The position numbers and the translations under genes are program-made. The notes below the pieces were generated by a model, which was given only the letters and a program-made list of their open reading frames with translations, was not told the DNA's origin and searched no databases. 64,000 bases of DNA, taken from positions 1,094 through 65,093 of the forward strand of contig LNFF01000031.1 of assembly GCA_001464585.1 (NCBI GenBank), in the 5' to 3' direction. The first letter of the stretch is position 1. Every line of letters begins with the position of its first letter. Origin of the DNA: Gammaproteobacteria bacterium Ga0077554 (GTDB taxonomy: Bacteria; Pseudomonadota; Gammaproteobacteria; Ga0077554; Ga007554). Below are positions 18,002 to 26,740 of this stretch, piece after piece.

Positions 18002-18994
18002 GTGCATAAGAAAGCGCATGACCCTCACCGTCAAAGCGGAAAAACGGCTGTCCCGCCAAACCATTACTCCAATCATGACACGGGCTGTCACCCGATTCAC
18101 CCCCGGAGCCGTTATCCGATTGTGGATGCCGCACGGGGCGCAGCTATTGTGCTGATGTTCGTGTATCATTTCATGTTTGATTTACGCTATTACAACGTGG
18201 TGGCGATTGATTTTAATAATGACCCTGTATGGTTAGGATTACGTACGCTGATTGTGGGTCTGTTTTTAGGGGTGATGGGCGTCAGCCTGCACCTGGCCAC
18301 AGCCAGTGGCCTTAGAAACTGTTCACGATCTCGATCAAGGGATGCAGCGCAAGGCAAAAGTGTCCGAAAAAGCGGAGTATACACACAGTATATGAGCATT
18401 TTGAGGACACTTTTAACGCCGCGATGCGCCCTTCAGCGAGATCGTGAGCAGTTTCTTAATCAACGCGCGTTTGTGCGACGGCTATTACAGGTGGTGGGAT
18501 GTGCGGCGCTGGTAAGCATCTCCAGTTACATGATGTTCCCGAAAAGTATGATCTTTTTTGGTATCCTGCATTTTATTGCTGCCGCCAGTGTGCTGGGATT
18601 ACTATTTTACCGCTGGTTCTGGGTCAATTTAGCCATGGGCGTGGCGCTGATTGTGGTGGGGCTGACTGTGCAGCACCCATGGTTTGATCAACCCGGCTGG
18701 CAATGGATAGGGTTAATGACACATAAACCCCTAACCGAAGATTATGTTCCTCTGCTGCCCTGGTTTGGGGTGGTATTATTAGGTCTTTTTGTGGGCAAAT
18801 GGATTTTCTCCACGCCGCCAGTTGCCGGACCCTTTACCGAATGGGCCGGGTCATTGGGCAAAAGCCTGGTGCAATGGCAAGGAAAATCCCGTTTATCCCG
18901 CCTGCTGATCTTTGGTGGAAGGCATAGCCTGCCGATTTATATGCTGCATCAACCGGTATTTTTTGCGATTTTGTATCTGTTTTTAGGGACATAG
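18002..18994 (+). CDS. DUF1624-like (heparan-alpha-glucosaminide N-acetyltransferase-like) membrane protein carrying an in-frame repeat insertion
   Basis: It has the ...VDAARGAAIVLMFVYHFMFDL... motif and multiple TM helices. A hydrophilic 48-codon segment (RNCSRSRSRDAAQGK...QRDREQFL) coincides exactly with MITE copy B. The start codon is uncertain. Confidence 0.6.
   Translation: MHKKAHDPHRQSGKTAVPPNHYSNHDTGCHPIHPRSRYPIVDAARGAAIVLMFVYHFMFDLRYYNVVAIDFNNDPVWLGLRTLIVGLFLGVMGVSLHLATASGLRNCSRSRSRDAAQGKSVRKSGVYTQYMSILRTLLTPRCALQRDREQFLNQRAFVRRLLQVVGCAALVSISSYMMFPKSMIFFGILHFIAAASVLGLLFYRWFWVNLAMGVALIVVGLTVQHPWFDQPGWQWIGLMTHKPLTEDYVPLLPWFGVVLLGLFVGKWIFSTPPVAGPFTEWAGSLGKSLVQWQGKSRLSRLLIFGGRHSLPIYMLHQPVFFAILYLFLGT
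18312..18458. repeat. MITE-like palindromic element, copy B (141-bp core flanked by TTA), inside a CDS
   Basis: The core is 18315-18455. The TIRs are gaaactgttcacgatctcg / cgagatcgtgagcagtttc, with one mismatch. TTA is present on both flanks. Core plus one TTA is 144 bp, or 48 codons, and is open in the host frame. Confidence 0.85.
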
Positions 18995-19005
18995 TGGTTG
19001 GCATA

Positions 19006-20055
19006 ATGGAAGCAAGGCAGAACAACAGGGTCAAGCTCATGGCTTTTTTTAAAAAAAACCCCAATACAGCCACGCCCAGCGTTTCGCTGGAATCACCCCG
19101 CGTCTCGCTGGCATCGCTGAATTGGCAAAGGCCGGGCGGATTCCTGCTGTTGTTATTGCAACCTTTATTACAAAAAACCACATCCAATCTCCGCGCCATT
19201 CTTTGGGTTAACGGGATATTGGTGCTACTAATTGCTTATTACTTAGCCAAATTAACGTGGTTGGCCCTCCCCGCCCCGCCTCAAGAAGACGCGCCACCCC
19301 CTTTAATACAACCTGCATTACAAGGGGCCGTAATGCCAAATCAGCCAAACCCACAAGCCACGGCGGGCAACGCTCTCATCACGCCGCAAGATATAGCCAA
19401 TTGGCATTTATTGGGTGAGGTTAATACGGCAGTGTCGACTAGCGCAGTGGAAAACGCGCCCCCAACCAGCCTGGCCCTCAGCTTGCATGGCATTATCGCC
19501 AGCCGCGACAGAAAAACCGCACGCGCTATTATTGCGGATAGCAGCGGCACTGAAAATTTTTATGCACTTGACGCGCAAGTGCCAGGCGGGGCGGTCCTGA
19601 AGGAAATCCATGCAGATCGTGTTATTCTGTTGCGCGGTGGCGGCCATGAAACATTGATGCTGCCCAAAGATGCGCTGGAGGGTGGCCTGGAGGGCGATGG
19701 GGAGCAGTTCGGCGCACCACCTTTACCGATAGCCAACCCCGATGAAGCCATGCTGGATGAATACCGCGATGCCTTGCAAAATCATCCGGAAACCCTGGCG
19801 GATCGCATTCAACCCATGCCGGTGCATGAAGGAGGAAAATTTGTCGGGTACCGTTTTATCTCGCCGCGCGACCCAACATTATTATCCCGCCTGGGCATGC
19901 AGCCCGGTGACGTGGTGACGGCGGTTAATGGCACACAACTCGACAACCCGCTCAAGGGCATGCAGGTATTGCGCGGGATATCAGCAGAAGATGAAATCAG
20001 GGTGGACACCGTGCGCAATGGCACGCCGCGCTCTTTCATCCTGCGGATGAATTAA
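19006..20055 (+). CDS. gspC: Type II secretion system protein GspC
   Basis: It has a single N-terminal TM helix (ILWVNGILVLLIAYYLAKLTWLAL) and a C-terminal PDZ-like domain (GMQPGDVVTAVNGTQLDNP). It sits directly upstream of gspD. The start is uncertain (GTG 18994, ATG 19006 or ATG 19039). Confidence 0.8.
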   Translation: MEARQNNRVKLMAFFKKNPNTATPSVSLESPRVSLASLNWQRPGGFLLLLLQPLLQKTTSNLRAILWVNGILVLLIAYYLAKLTWLALPAPPQEDAPPPLIQPALQGAVMPNQPNPQATAGNALITPQDIANWHLLGEVNTAVSTSAVENAPPTSLALSLHGIIASRDRKTARAIIADSSGTENFYALDAQVPGGAVLKEIHADRVILLRGGGHETLMLPKDALEGGLEGDGEQFGAPPLPIANPDEAMLDEYRDALQNHPETLADRIQPMPVHEGGKFVGYRFISPRDPTLLSRLGMQPGDVVTAVNGTQLDNPLKGMQVLRGISAEDEIRVDTVRNGTPRSFILRMN

Positions 20056-20080
20056 TTTAAAGCTCCTGCGGATTTTCCAT

Positions 20081-20149
20081 GTCATTCCGCGCATAGCGAG
20101 GAATCGTGGGCAAGATCCCTCTCTTCGCCTGAAATGATAAGGGCGATGA
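20081..20149. repeat. Two GTCAT-type palindromic units in the gspC-gspD spacer
   Basis: gtcattccgcgcatagcgaggaatc (20081-20105) is a near copy of 5861-5885. It is followed by gatccctctcttcgcc...gggcgatgac (about 20113-20149), a longer variant in the opposite orientation. Confidence 0.65.
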
Positions 20150-20198
20150 CAAGAGCCAAAACCGAAGAGATTAATAAAACCACCGGATGGATTGATAA

Positions 20199-22358
20199 AT
20201 GGCACACATCAAAAAACGGGATAACATATTTATGCCTAACATGCGCCGGGCAGGATGCCCAAGTGCGGTGAGCGCAGGGAAGAGCGGCAGCGAAGGGTTC
20301 CGCAAGAACCTCCTGCGGGCAAGCTGTTTGGCCGCATTGTTGACAATTTCACCTTACACGCAGGCGCAGCCGGTTACGTTGAATTTAAAAGATGCCGACA
20401 TTGCGGCGGTGATTGCCACAGTATCAGACATTACTGGCAAAAACTTTATTGTCGATCAGCGCGTCAAAGGCAAGGTAACGATTATTTCCGCGCGCCCGAT
20501 GAGCAAGGAAGAAGTCTATCAAGTGTTTTTATCGCTGCTGGAAGTGAATGGCTTTGCAGCGGTGCCCAGCGGCAAAGTCATCAAAATCATACCTGACGTC
20601 AACGCCAAACAAAGCAGCACACCCGTTGCAACCGACGATCAGCCCGGCAAGGGTGATGAGGTAGTAACGCGCGTCATTCATGTCAAAAATATTTCAGCGA
20701 CACAACTGGTGCCCGTGTTGCGGCCGCTTTCACCGCAACAAGGCCATATGGTGGCCTACCCGGGCACCAATGCGCTGATTATTTCTGATCGCGCTTCAAA
20801 TATCGAACGGCTGACAAAGATCATTGAGCGTATTGATCAGCCCTCGGATACCGCCGACGTAGAAGTAATCGCGCTGCGTCACGCCGCCGCCGCTGAGGTG
20901 GTGCGCATTCTCAATGCGCTGGATCAGGAAGGGCGCAAAAATGATCCGGCCAGCGCCTCGGGCATTACGGATCGTCCGGTATTGATTGCCGATGAGCGCA
21001 CCAATAGCCTGCTGGTGGGCGGTGGACAGAGTGGCCGGTTGCGCCTGCGCGCGCTGATCTCGCATTTGGATACACCACTGCAAACCAGCGGTAACATTCG
21101 CGTGGTATATTTACGCTATGCCAAAGCCAAAGATCTCGTACCAGTACTCACGGGTGTAGCCAGCCAGGTGCAAGACAAATCCAAGCCGGGCGGCGGCGCT
21201 GTGCCGGGCGGTGCTCCGATGAGCATGAGTACGCCCGGCAGTGGCATTAATATTCAAGCTGACGAAAGCATCAATGCACTGGTGATTACCGCACCGCAAG
21301 ATGTGTTTCAGTCGTTGCAATCAGTGATCAGCCAGCTTGATGTGCGTCGCGCACAAGTGCTGGTCGAGGCGGTCATCGTTGAAGTTACCTCCAGCCGCGC
21401 TGCAGAGTTGGGTATCCAATGGGGCACCTTTGACCAATCTACAGGCAGCAGCAAACCAATAGGTATCACCAACTTCACTAATGGCGGCGCGGGATCCAGC
21501 ATTGCAGCCATTGGCGCCGCTATCGCCAATAACACGGCTCCCGCAATTGGTGCAGGTTTGACATTTGGGCTAGGCAAATTCAACAGTGGCGGCTCAAGCT
21601 TCGCCGCCTTGATTCGCGCTCTGGAAGCCGACGGGACTTCCAACATTTTGTCTACTCCTACCTTGCTCACCATGGATAATACTGAGGCAGAAATAGTCGT
21701 GGGGCAAAACGTACCATTCATTACCGGTTCGTTCACCTCACCTGGCGCGACTGGCGGCGCTGCGACCAATCCATTTCAAACAATTGAACGTAAAAATGTC
21801 GGTATTACGCTGAAAATCAAGCCGCAAATCAATGAAGGCAACGCCATCAGGATGGAGATCGAGCAAAAGGTCGACAGCCTCTCTCCCAGTACGGTAGCCG
21901 GTGCCTCTGACTTGATTACCAATACACGCTCAATTCGCACCAATGTCATGGTGGACGATGGCAAGGTGATTGCCTTGGGTGGATTAATTACCGATGATCT
22001 GCGGGAAAGTGTGCAGAAAATTCCCTTGCTCGGTGACTTACCCCTGCTTGGCAGTTTATTCCGTTACAAGAGAAACAGTAAAGACAAAACCAATCTGATG
22101 GTATTTTTGCATCCCGTGATTATGCGTGACGGTGAACTGGCGGAGCGCATGACACATGGTAAATACGAGTTCATGCGCGCGCGGCAAATCGAAGCCAGAG
22201 AAAAAGGCATGGGGATATTACGTAATGAAGAAGCCCCCATGCTGCCTACCATGCAGGACATAATGAAGCTGCCACCGCCCTTCGGCCCATCTTCCGCAGG
22301 CGGCAATGCTGAGCCTGCTGCCAGTCCCGCAGTCGACCCTGCGGTCACTCCACAGTGA
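20199..22358 (+). CDS. gspD: Type II secretion system secretin GspD
   Basis: It has N0-N3 domains (PVTLNLKDADIAAVIATVSDITGKNFIV...) and a secretin domain (…IALGGLITD…IPLLGDLPLLGSLFRYK). The true start is probably downstream (ATG 20241 or an in-frame GTG), because the 5' end is repeat-derived. The signal peptide ends ...PYTQAQ. Confidence 0.9.
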   Translation: MAHIKKRDNIFMPNMRRAGCPSAVSAGKSGSEGFRKNLLRASCLAALLTISPYTQAQPVTLNLKDADIAAVIATVSDITGKNFIVDQRVKGKVTIISARPMSKEEVYQVFLSLLEVNGFAAVPSGKVIKIIPDVNAKQSSTPVATDDQPGKGDEVVTRVIHVKNISATQLVPVLRPLSPQQGHMVAYPGTNALIISDRASNIERLTKIIERIDQPSDTADVEVIALRHAAAAEVVRILNALDQEGRKNDPASASGITDRPVLIADERTNSLLVGGGQSGRLRLRALISHLDTPLQTSGNIRVVYLRYAKAKDLVPVLTGVASQVQDKSKPGGGAVPGGAPMSMSTPGSGINIQADESINALVITAPQDVFQSLQSVISQLDVRRAQVLVEAVIVEVTSSRAAELGIQWGTFDQSTGSSKPIGITNFTNGGAGSSIAAIGAAIANNTAPAIGAGLTFGLGKFNSGGSSFAALIRALEADGTSNILSTPTLLTMDNTEAEIVVGQNVPFITGSFTSPGATGGAATNPFQTIERKNVGITLKIKPQINEGNAIRMEIEQKVDSLSPSTVAGASDLITNTRSIRTNVMVDDGKVIALGGLITDDLRESVQKIPLLGDLPLLGSLFRYKRNSKDKTNLMVFLHPVIMRDGELAERMTHGKYEFMRARQIEAREKGMGILRNEEAPMLPTMQDIMKLPPPFGPSSAGGNAEPAASPAVDPAVTPQ
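20244..20282 (+). repeat. 38-nt core repeat, copy 1 (cgccgggcaggatgcccaagtgcggtgagcgcagggaag)
   Basis: It is nearly identical to the reverse complement of 42033-42071 and partly to 43184-43261. It overlaps the first codons of the longest gspD ORF. Confidence 0.7.
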
Positions 22359-22368
22359 ACGACACGCG

Positions 22369-23943
22369 ATGAACGCAGCCATTGACATCACAACTGGCAT
22401 CACTGCGCTGGAAACCGGGGAACCGATCCTTGATTCATCGTCTGCGCCTTCTCATACGCCAGCGCAGGTCATGGAAAAACGCGTATCGTTTCCCTATGCA
22501 AAGCGCCACGGCGTATTGGTAAAAGGCTGGGAAGACGGCTGCGCAATTGTCGTATGCCGCCCCGATGCGGGCACCTTGGCGCTCACTGAATTACGCCGCT
22601 TTCTCGGCGCGCCGCTGAAACTGCAACAGGCTACACCCCAAGATTTTGAAGCCCTGCTGGCGCAATCTTACGAGCATGACTCGACTCAAGCCATGCAAAT
22701 GATGGGTGATCTCGGCGAAACCATTGATCTGTTCAGCATTGCCCAGCAACTGGCAGAGCCGGAAGATCTTCTCGAAACCGAAGATGATGCCCCGATTATT
22801 CGCCTGATTAACGCCCTGCTCACCGAAGCGATCAAGGAAAACGCGTCGGATATCCACATCGAACCTTTTGAGAATCGTTTGCTGGTGCGCTTTCGCGTCG
22901 ATGGCATGCTGCACGAAGTGCTGGAACCGAAACGGGTGCTCGCGCCGTTGATTGCCGCGCGTATCAAGATCATGGCCAAACTTGATATTGCTGAAAAACG
23001 CCTGCCGCAGGATGGACGCATCTCGTTACGCGTGGCGGGGCGTCCCGTCGATGTGCGCGTCTCCACCCTGCCCTCGGGCCACGGCGAACGCGTGGTGCTG
23101 CGGCTGCTCGACAAACAGGCCGGGCGTCTTAATCTGGAACAGCTTGGCATGTCACCCACCGGGCTGGAAGTCATGCACCGCATCGTTGAAAAACCACACG
23201 GCATTATTCTGGTGACTGGCCCCACTGGCTCCGGTAAAACCACCACGCTGTATGCGGCGCTGACACGGCTCAACACCAAAACGCGCAACATCATGACGGT
23301 GGAAGACCCTATCGAATATTATCTGGATGGCGTGGGACAGACCCAGGTGAACACCAAGGTCGATATGACCTTTGCACGCGGCCTGCGCGCCATTTTGCGT
23401 CAGGATCCTGATGTGGTGATGGTCGGAGAAATACGAGACCTGGAAACCGCTGAAATTGCCGTGCAAGCCAGCTTGACAGGACACATGGTGCTGTCCACGC
23501 TGCATACCAATACCGCTGTCGGCGCAGTCGCGCGGTTGAGTGACATGGGCGTGGAACCCTTTCTGTTATCGTCGAGCCTGGTCGGTGTATTGGCGCAGCG
23601 GTTGGTACGCCTGCTATGTCCGCACTGCAAACAAGCCGTCAGCGCCACGCCCGCTGATTGCAACCTGTTTGGTTTGCCTCATGACCAACCTCCGACACTG
23701 TATAACGCCGTCGGCTGTGAATCATGCAGCTTTTCCGGTTATCGCGGCCGCACCGGTATTTATGAAGTGATTGAAGTGGATCATGCGCTGCGCACCCTGA
23801 TTCATGAGGGCGCGGGTGAACAAGCGCTGGAAACTCACGCCCGCACCATGTCGCCAGGCATCCGCCAGGATGGCCTGCGGCGCGTATTGGCGGGCGTAAC
23901 CACATTGGAAGAAGTGCTGCGTGTTACGCGTGAAGACGCTTGA
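22369..23943 (+). CDS. gspE: Type II secretion ATPase GspE
   Basis: It has Walker A (GPTGSGKTT), Asp and His boxes, Walker B (VVMVGEIRD) and a tetracysteine motif (CPHC...CESC). The start was moved to ATG 22369. Confidence 0.95.
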   Translation: MNAAIDITTGITALETGEPILDSSSAPSHTPAQVMEKRVSFPYAKRHGVLVKGWEDGCAIVVCRPDAGTLALTELRRFLGAPLKLQQATPQDFEALLAQSYEHDSTQAMQMMGDLGETIDLFSIAQQLAEPEDLLETEDDAPIIRLINALLTEAIKENASDIHIEPFENRLLVRFRVDGMLHEVLEPKRVLAPLIAARIKIMAKLDIAEKRLPQDGRISLRVAGRPVDVRVSTLPSGHGERVVLRLLDKQAGRLNLEQLGMSPTGLEVMHRIVEKPHGIILVTGPTGSGKTTTLYAALTRLNTKTRNIMTVEDPIEYYLDGVGQTQVNTKVDMTFARGLRAILRQDPDVVMVGEIRDLETAEIAVQASLTGHMVLSTLHTNTAVGAVARLSDMGVEPFLLSSSLVGVLAQRLVRLLCPHCKQAVSATPADCNLFGLPHDQPPTLYNAVGCESCSFSGYRGRTGIYEVIEVDHALRTLIHEGAGEQALETHARTMSPGIRQDGLRRVLAGVTTLEEVLRVTREDA

Positions 23944-23955
23944 CCCAAGACAATG

Positions 23956-24049
23956 AACCACGGAGGGCACGGAGAACACGGAGTTTTTTAGTGAAGAATA
24001 CGGCTACATTTACATTTTTTTCTCCGTGCCCTCCGTGTTCTCCGTGGTT
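23956..24049. repeat. Large imperfect palindrome built from CACGGAG repeats, between gspE and gspF
   Basis: The arms aaccacggagggcacggagaacacggag (23956-23983) and ctccgtgccctccgtgttctccgtggtt (24022-24049) are separated by a 38-nt loop. Each arm holds three decameric repeats, with the 3-nt spacers swapped between arms. Confidence 0.75.
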
Positions 24050-24067
24050 AAAGGATCAAAATAAGCA

Positions 24068-25285
24068 ATGGCTGCATTTGCATATATAGCACTGGACGCC
24101 ACTGGCCGCGAACGTAAAGGTGTACTGGAAGGCGACACGCCCCGCCAGGTGCGCCAACAGTTGCGCGAACAGGGTTTGGCGCCCGTCAGCGTCGCTGAAG
24201 TGCGCCAAAGCGAAGATAATCGCTCTGCCGCACGTTTTTCATTCGGACGTGGCATCAGCGCCACAGACCTGGCGTTGATTACGCGGCAGTTTGCTACTTT
24301 GGCGCGCTCCGGCCTGCCGATTGAAGAAGCCTTGCAGACCGTGTCACGACAAACCGAAAAGCCGCGCTTGCGTAATATGCTGATGGCGGTGCGCTCGAGA
24401 ATTATGGAAGGCCATTCGCTGGCCACGGCATTGCGCGATTTTCCGCATATTTTCTCGCAATTATACTGCGCCACCGTCGCTGCCGGCGAGCAATCGGGGC
24501 ATCTGGATATTGTACTGGAACGCTTGGCCGACTACACCGAGGCACGGCAAACGCTGCGACAAAAGATGCTGCTGGCGCTGCTTTACCCGTCGATAGTCAC
24601 GGTCGTGGCGATTCTGGTGGTGGTTGCTTTGCTGACCTTTGTGGTGCCACAAGTAGTCGATGTGTTTGATAATATCGGTCAGGAATTACCGATACTGACA
24701 CGCATGCTGATTGCGGTCAGTGACTTTCTAAAAGAGTATGGTGTGGTATTGCTGCTGGCATTAATTGTGCTGGGTTTTATTATTGCCCGAGCGTTACGCC
24801 AACCCGGCCCCAAACAGCAATTTCATCGGTTATTATTAGCATTGCCGCTGATATCGCGGCTGGTGCGCAGCATGAATACAGCGCGTTTTATGCGCACCTT
24901 CAGTATTCTTACTGCCAGTGGTGTGCCAGTGATTGAGGCGATGCGCATTTCGGCGCAGGTGATTTCCAATCTGCCGATGCGTGCGGCGGTAGAAGAAGCC
25001 GCGCGGCGTGTACGTGAAGGTGCAAACTTGCATAAATCGCTTGAGCGTAGCGGCTATTTTCCGCCGATTGCGATTCATCTGGTCGCCAGCGGTGAAGCGA
25101 GTGGCAAACTGGAAAGCATGCTGGATCGTGCCGCGATCAGTCAGGAAAAGGAAATTGAAACCCTGCTGGCAGCGCTGATGGGGCTGTTTGAACCTCTCTT
25201 GATTATCGGCATGGGCGGCGCTGTATTGGTTATTGTCATTGCAATTCTGCTACCGATTTTTGATCTTAACCAACTTGTGAAATGA
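24068..25285 (+). CDS. gspF: Type II secretion inner-membrane platform protein GspF
   Basis: The 405-aa ORF has a duplicated GspF domain and three TM segments. Its position in the operon fits. Confidence 0.93.
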   Translation: MAAFAYIALDATGRERKGVLEGDTPRQVRQQLREQGLAPVSVAEVRQSEDNRSAARFSFGRGISATDLALITRQFATLARSGLPIEEALQTVSRQTEKPRLRNMLMAVRSRIMEGHSLATALRDFPHIFSQLYCATVAAGEQSGHLDIVLERLADYTEARQTLRQKMLLALLYPSIVTVVAILVVVALLTFVVPQVVDVFDNIGQELPILTRMLIAVSDFLKEYGVVLLLALIVLGFIIARALRQPGPKQQFHRLLLALPLISRLVRSMNTARFMRTFSILTASGVPVIEAMRISAQVISNLPMRAAVEEAARRVREGANLHKSLERSGYFPPIAIHLVASGEASGKLESMLDRAAISQEKEIETLLAALMGLFEPLLIIGMGGAVLVIVIAILLPIFDLNQLVK

Positions 25286-25288
25286 TAT

Positions 25289-25798
25289 ATGGAACATACC
25301 TCTATGAAACTAAAAACTTCCAATCCGAATCCGGGACTGGCTCAACGCGGCTGCGCTTGTATCTCACCGCGTGGCTTCACGCGCATTCCACAGCGTGGTT
25401 TCACGCTCATCGAAGTGATGATCGTGGTGATTATCCTGGGCATTCTGGCTTCGTTTATTTTACCACGTATTATGGATCGTCCCGATGCTGCGCGCATCGT
25501 TAAGGCCAAACAGGACATACGCACACTGGTCAGCGCGCTGGATCTCTACAGACTCGATAATTTCAAATACCCTACGACAGATCAAGGCCTGGAAGCATTA
25601 ACCAAAAAACCTGCCGATGCGACACGCTGGAAAGAAGGTGGCTATATCGACCGTCTTCCTAATGACCCGTGGGGCAAACCTTACCAATATTTAAGCCCCG
25701 GCACACAAGGCGCAATTGATGTGTTTACGCTAGGTGCGGATGGACAAGTGGGCGGTGAAGGCAGTGATGCCGATATTGGCAACTGGAATCTTGAATAG
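25289..25798 (+). CDS. gspG: Type II secretion major pseudopilin GspG, with an unusually long leader
   Basis: The prepilin motif QRG|FTLIEVMIVVIILGILA and the conserved GspG body (DLYRLDNFKYPT...LPNDPWGKPYQY...GADGQ) are present. The cleavage site is 29-34 residues from the possible ATG starts (25304 or 25289). Confidence 0.92.
   Translation: MEHTSMKLKTSNPNPGLAQRGCACISPRGFTRIPQRGFTLIEVMIVVIILGILASFILPRIMDRPDAARIVKAKQDIRTLVSALDLYRLDNFKYPTTDQGLEALTKKPADATRWKEGGYIDRLPNDPWGKPYQYLSPGTQGAIDVFTLGADGQVGGEGSDADIGNWNLE
25343..25414 (+). repeat. Three tandem 24-bp units inside the gspG leader
   Basis: The units caacgcggctgcgcttgtatctca / ccgcgtggcttcacgcgcattcca / cagcgtggtttcacgctcatcgaa encode QRGCACIS / PRGFTRIP / QRGFTLIE. 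Only the third keeps G|F...E(+5). Confidence 0.8.
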
Positions 25799-26348
25799 TT
25801 CAAGATCTGTTGACACCCACTCTCAGCGCGGATTCACGCTGCTGGAGTTGCTGCTGGTGATATTGATCATCGGCATTATTTTAAGTTTTGCCGCCTTGTC
25901 GATCGGACGCGGCAATGAGCGTGGAATCGAAGATGAAATGAAACGCCTGGCGGGATTAATTGAGCTGGCGGCACAGGAAGCCACTCTGGAATCACGTGAA
26001 CTAGCCGTGCAGTTCAATGGCAATAAATACGAGTTTCTGGCATTTAAAGACAACAAATGGGCGCGCATCACGGGTGATGAGACATTCCGCCCACGCACGC
26101 TGCCAGAAGAAATGCGTTTAACCGTCAGGATTGAAGATGAACCGGTGAACCTTGGCACAGCAACGTCTCAGGAAACCGAAAACGTACTGCCGCGTATTTA
26201 TCTGTTATCCAGCGGAGAAATAACGCCCTTTCAACTGATCTTGAAAGATGCCACAAACAATCGGGAAGGCGCCAACAGTTATCAACTTAATGGCAATATC
26301 AACGGCAAGATTGAGATGCGCATGATGAACGGCGCACCAGCACCATGA
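25767..26348 (+). CDS. gspH: Type II secretion minor pseudopilin GspH
   Basis: The prepilin motif SQRG|FTLLELLLVILIIGII is present. The start is uncertain (ATG 25767 or TTG 25791). Confidence 0.85.
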   Translation: MPILATGILNSSRSVDTHSQRGFTLLELLLVILIIGIILSFAALSIGRGNERGIEDEMKRLAGLIELAAQEATLESRELAVQFNGNKYEFLAFKDNKWARITGDETFRPRTLPEEMRLTVRIEDEPVNLGTATSQETENVLPRIYLLSSGEITPFQLILKDATNNREGANSYQLNGNINGKIEMRMMNGAPAP

Positions 26349-26740
26349 ATACCGCCGGAATATTTGGTGCCCGCAGGCGCGCTCACGGGTTTACTCTGAT
26401 TGAGGTACTAATAGCGTTAGCCGTGCTGGCGATTGCCTTATCTGCCGTGATTAAAGGTGTGGGGGCAAATGCCAATAATGCCGCGCATCTGCGCGACCGC
26501 ATGCTGGCACACTGGGTGGCCATGAATAAAGTTGCAGAATTGCAGGCAGATACTGTATTCCCTGCGCCGGGAGTAACCACAGGCACGATGCTGATGGCGG
26601 AACATGAGTGGACGTGGCAAGTCACGGTATCCCCCACCCCGAACGCGACCATACAACGGCTGGATGTGGAAGTGCGCAGCAGAAAAGAAGATAAACAACC
26701 TCTGGACAGCCTGATAGCATATGTAGGGCAACCCCAGTGA
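26345..26740 (+). CDS. gspI: Type II secretion minor pseudopilin GspI
   Basis: It has AHG|FTLIEVLIALAVLAIAL, is 131 aa long and overlaps its neighbours by 4 nt. Confidence 0.88.
   Translation: MNTAGIFGARRRAHGFTLIEVLIALAVLAIALSAVIKGVGANANNAAHLRDRMLAHWVAMNKVAELQADTVFPAPGVTTGTMLMAEHEWTWQVTVSPTPNATIQRLDVEVRSRKEDKQPLDSLIAYVGQPQ

Noticed and set aside
22306-22368. Upstream start of gspE that overlaps gspD by 53 nt
   Set aside because: The extension has no similarity to GspE N-termini. ATG 22369 lies just after the gspD stop and gives a normal N1E domain start.
23956-24049. CRISPR-like array made of short CACGGAG repeats
   Set aside because: The repeats are about 10 nt, are arranged as two inverted arms rather than direct repeats with unique spacers, and no cas genes are nearby. 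It is a palindromic REP-like structure.
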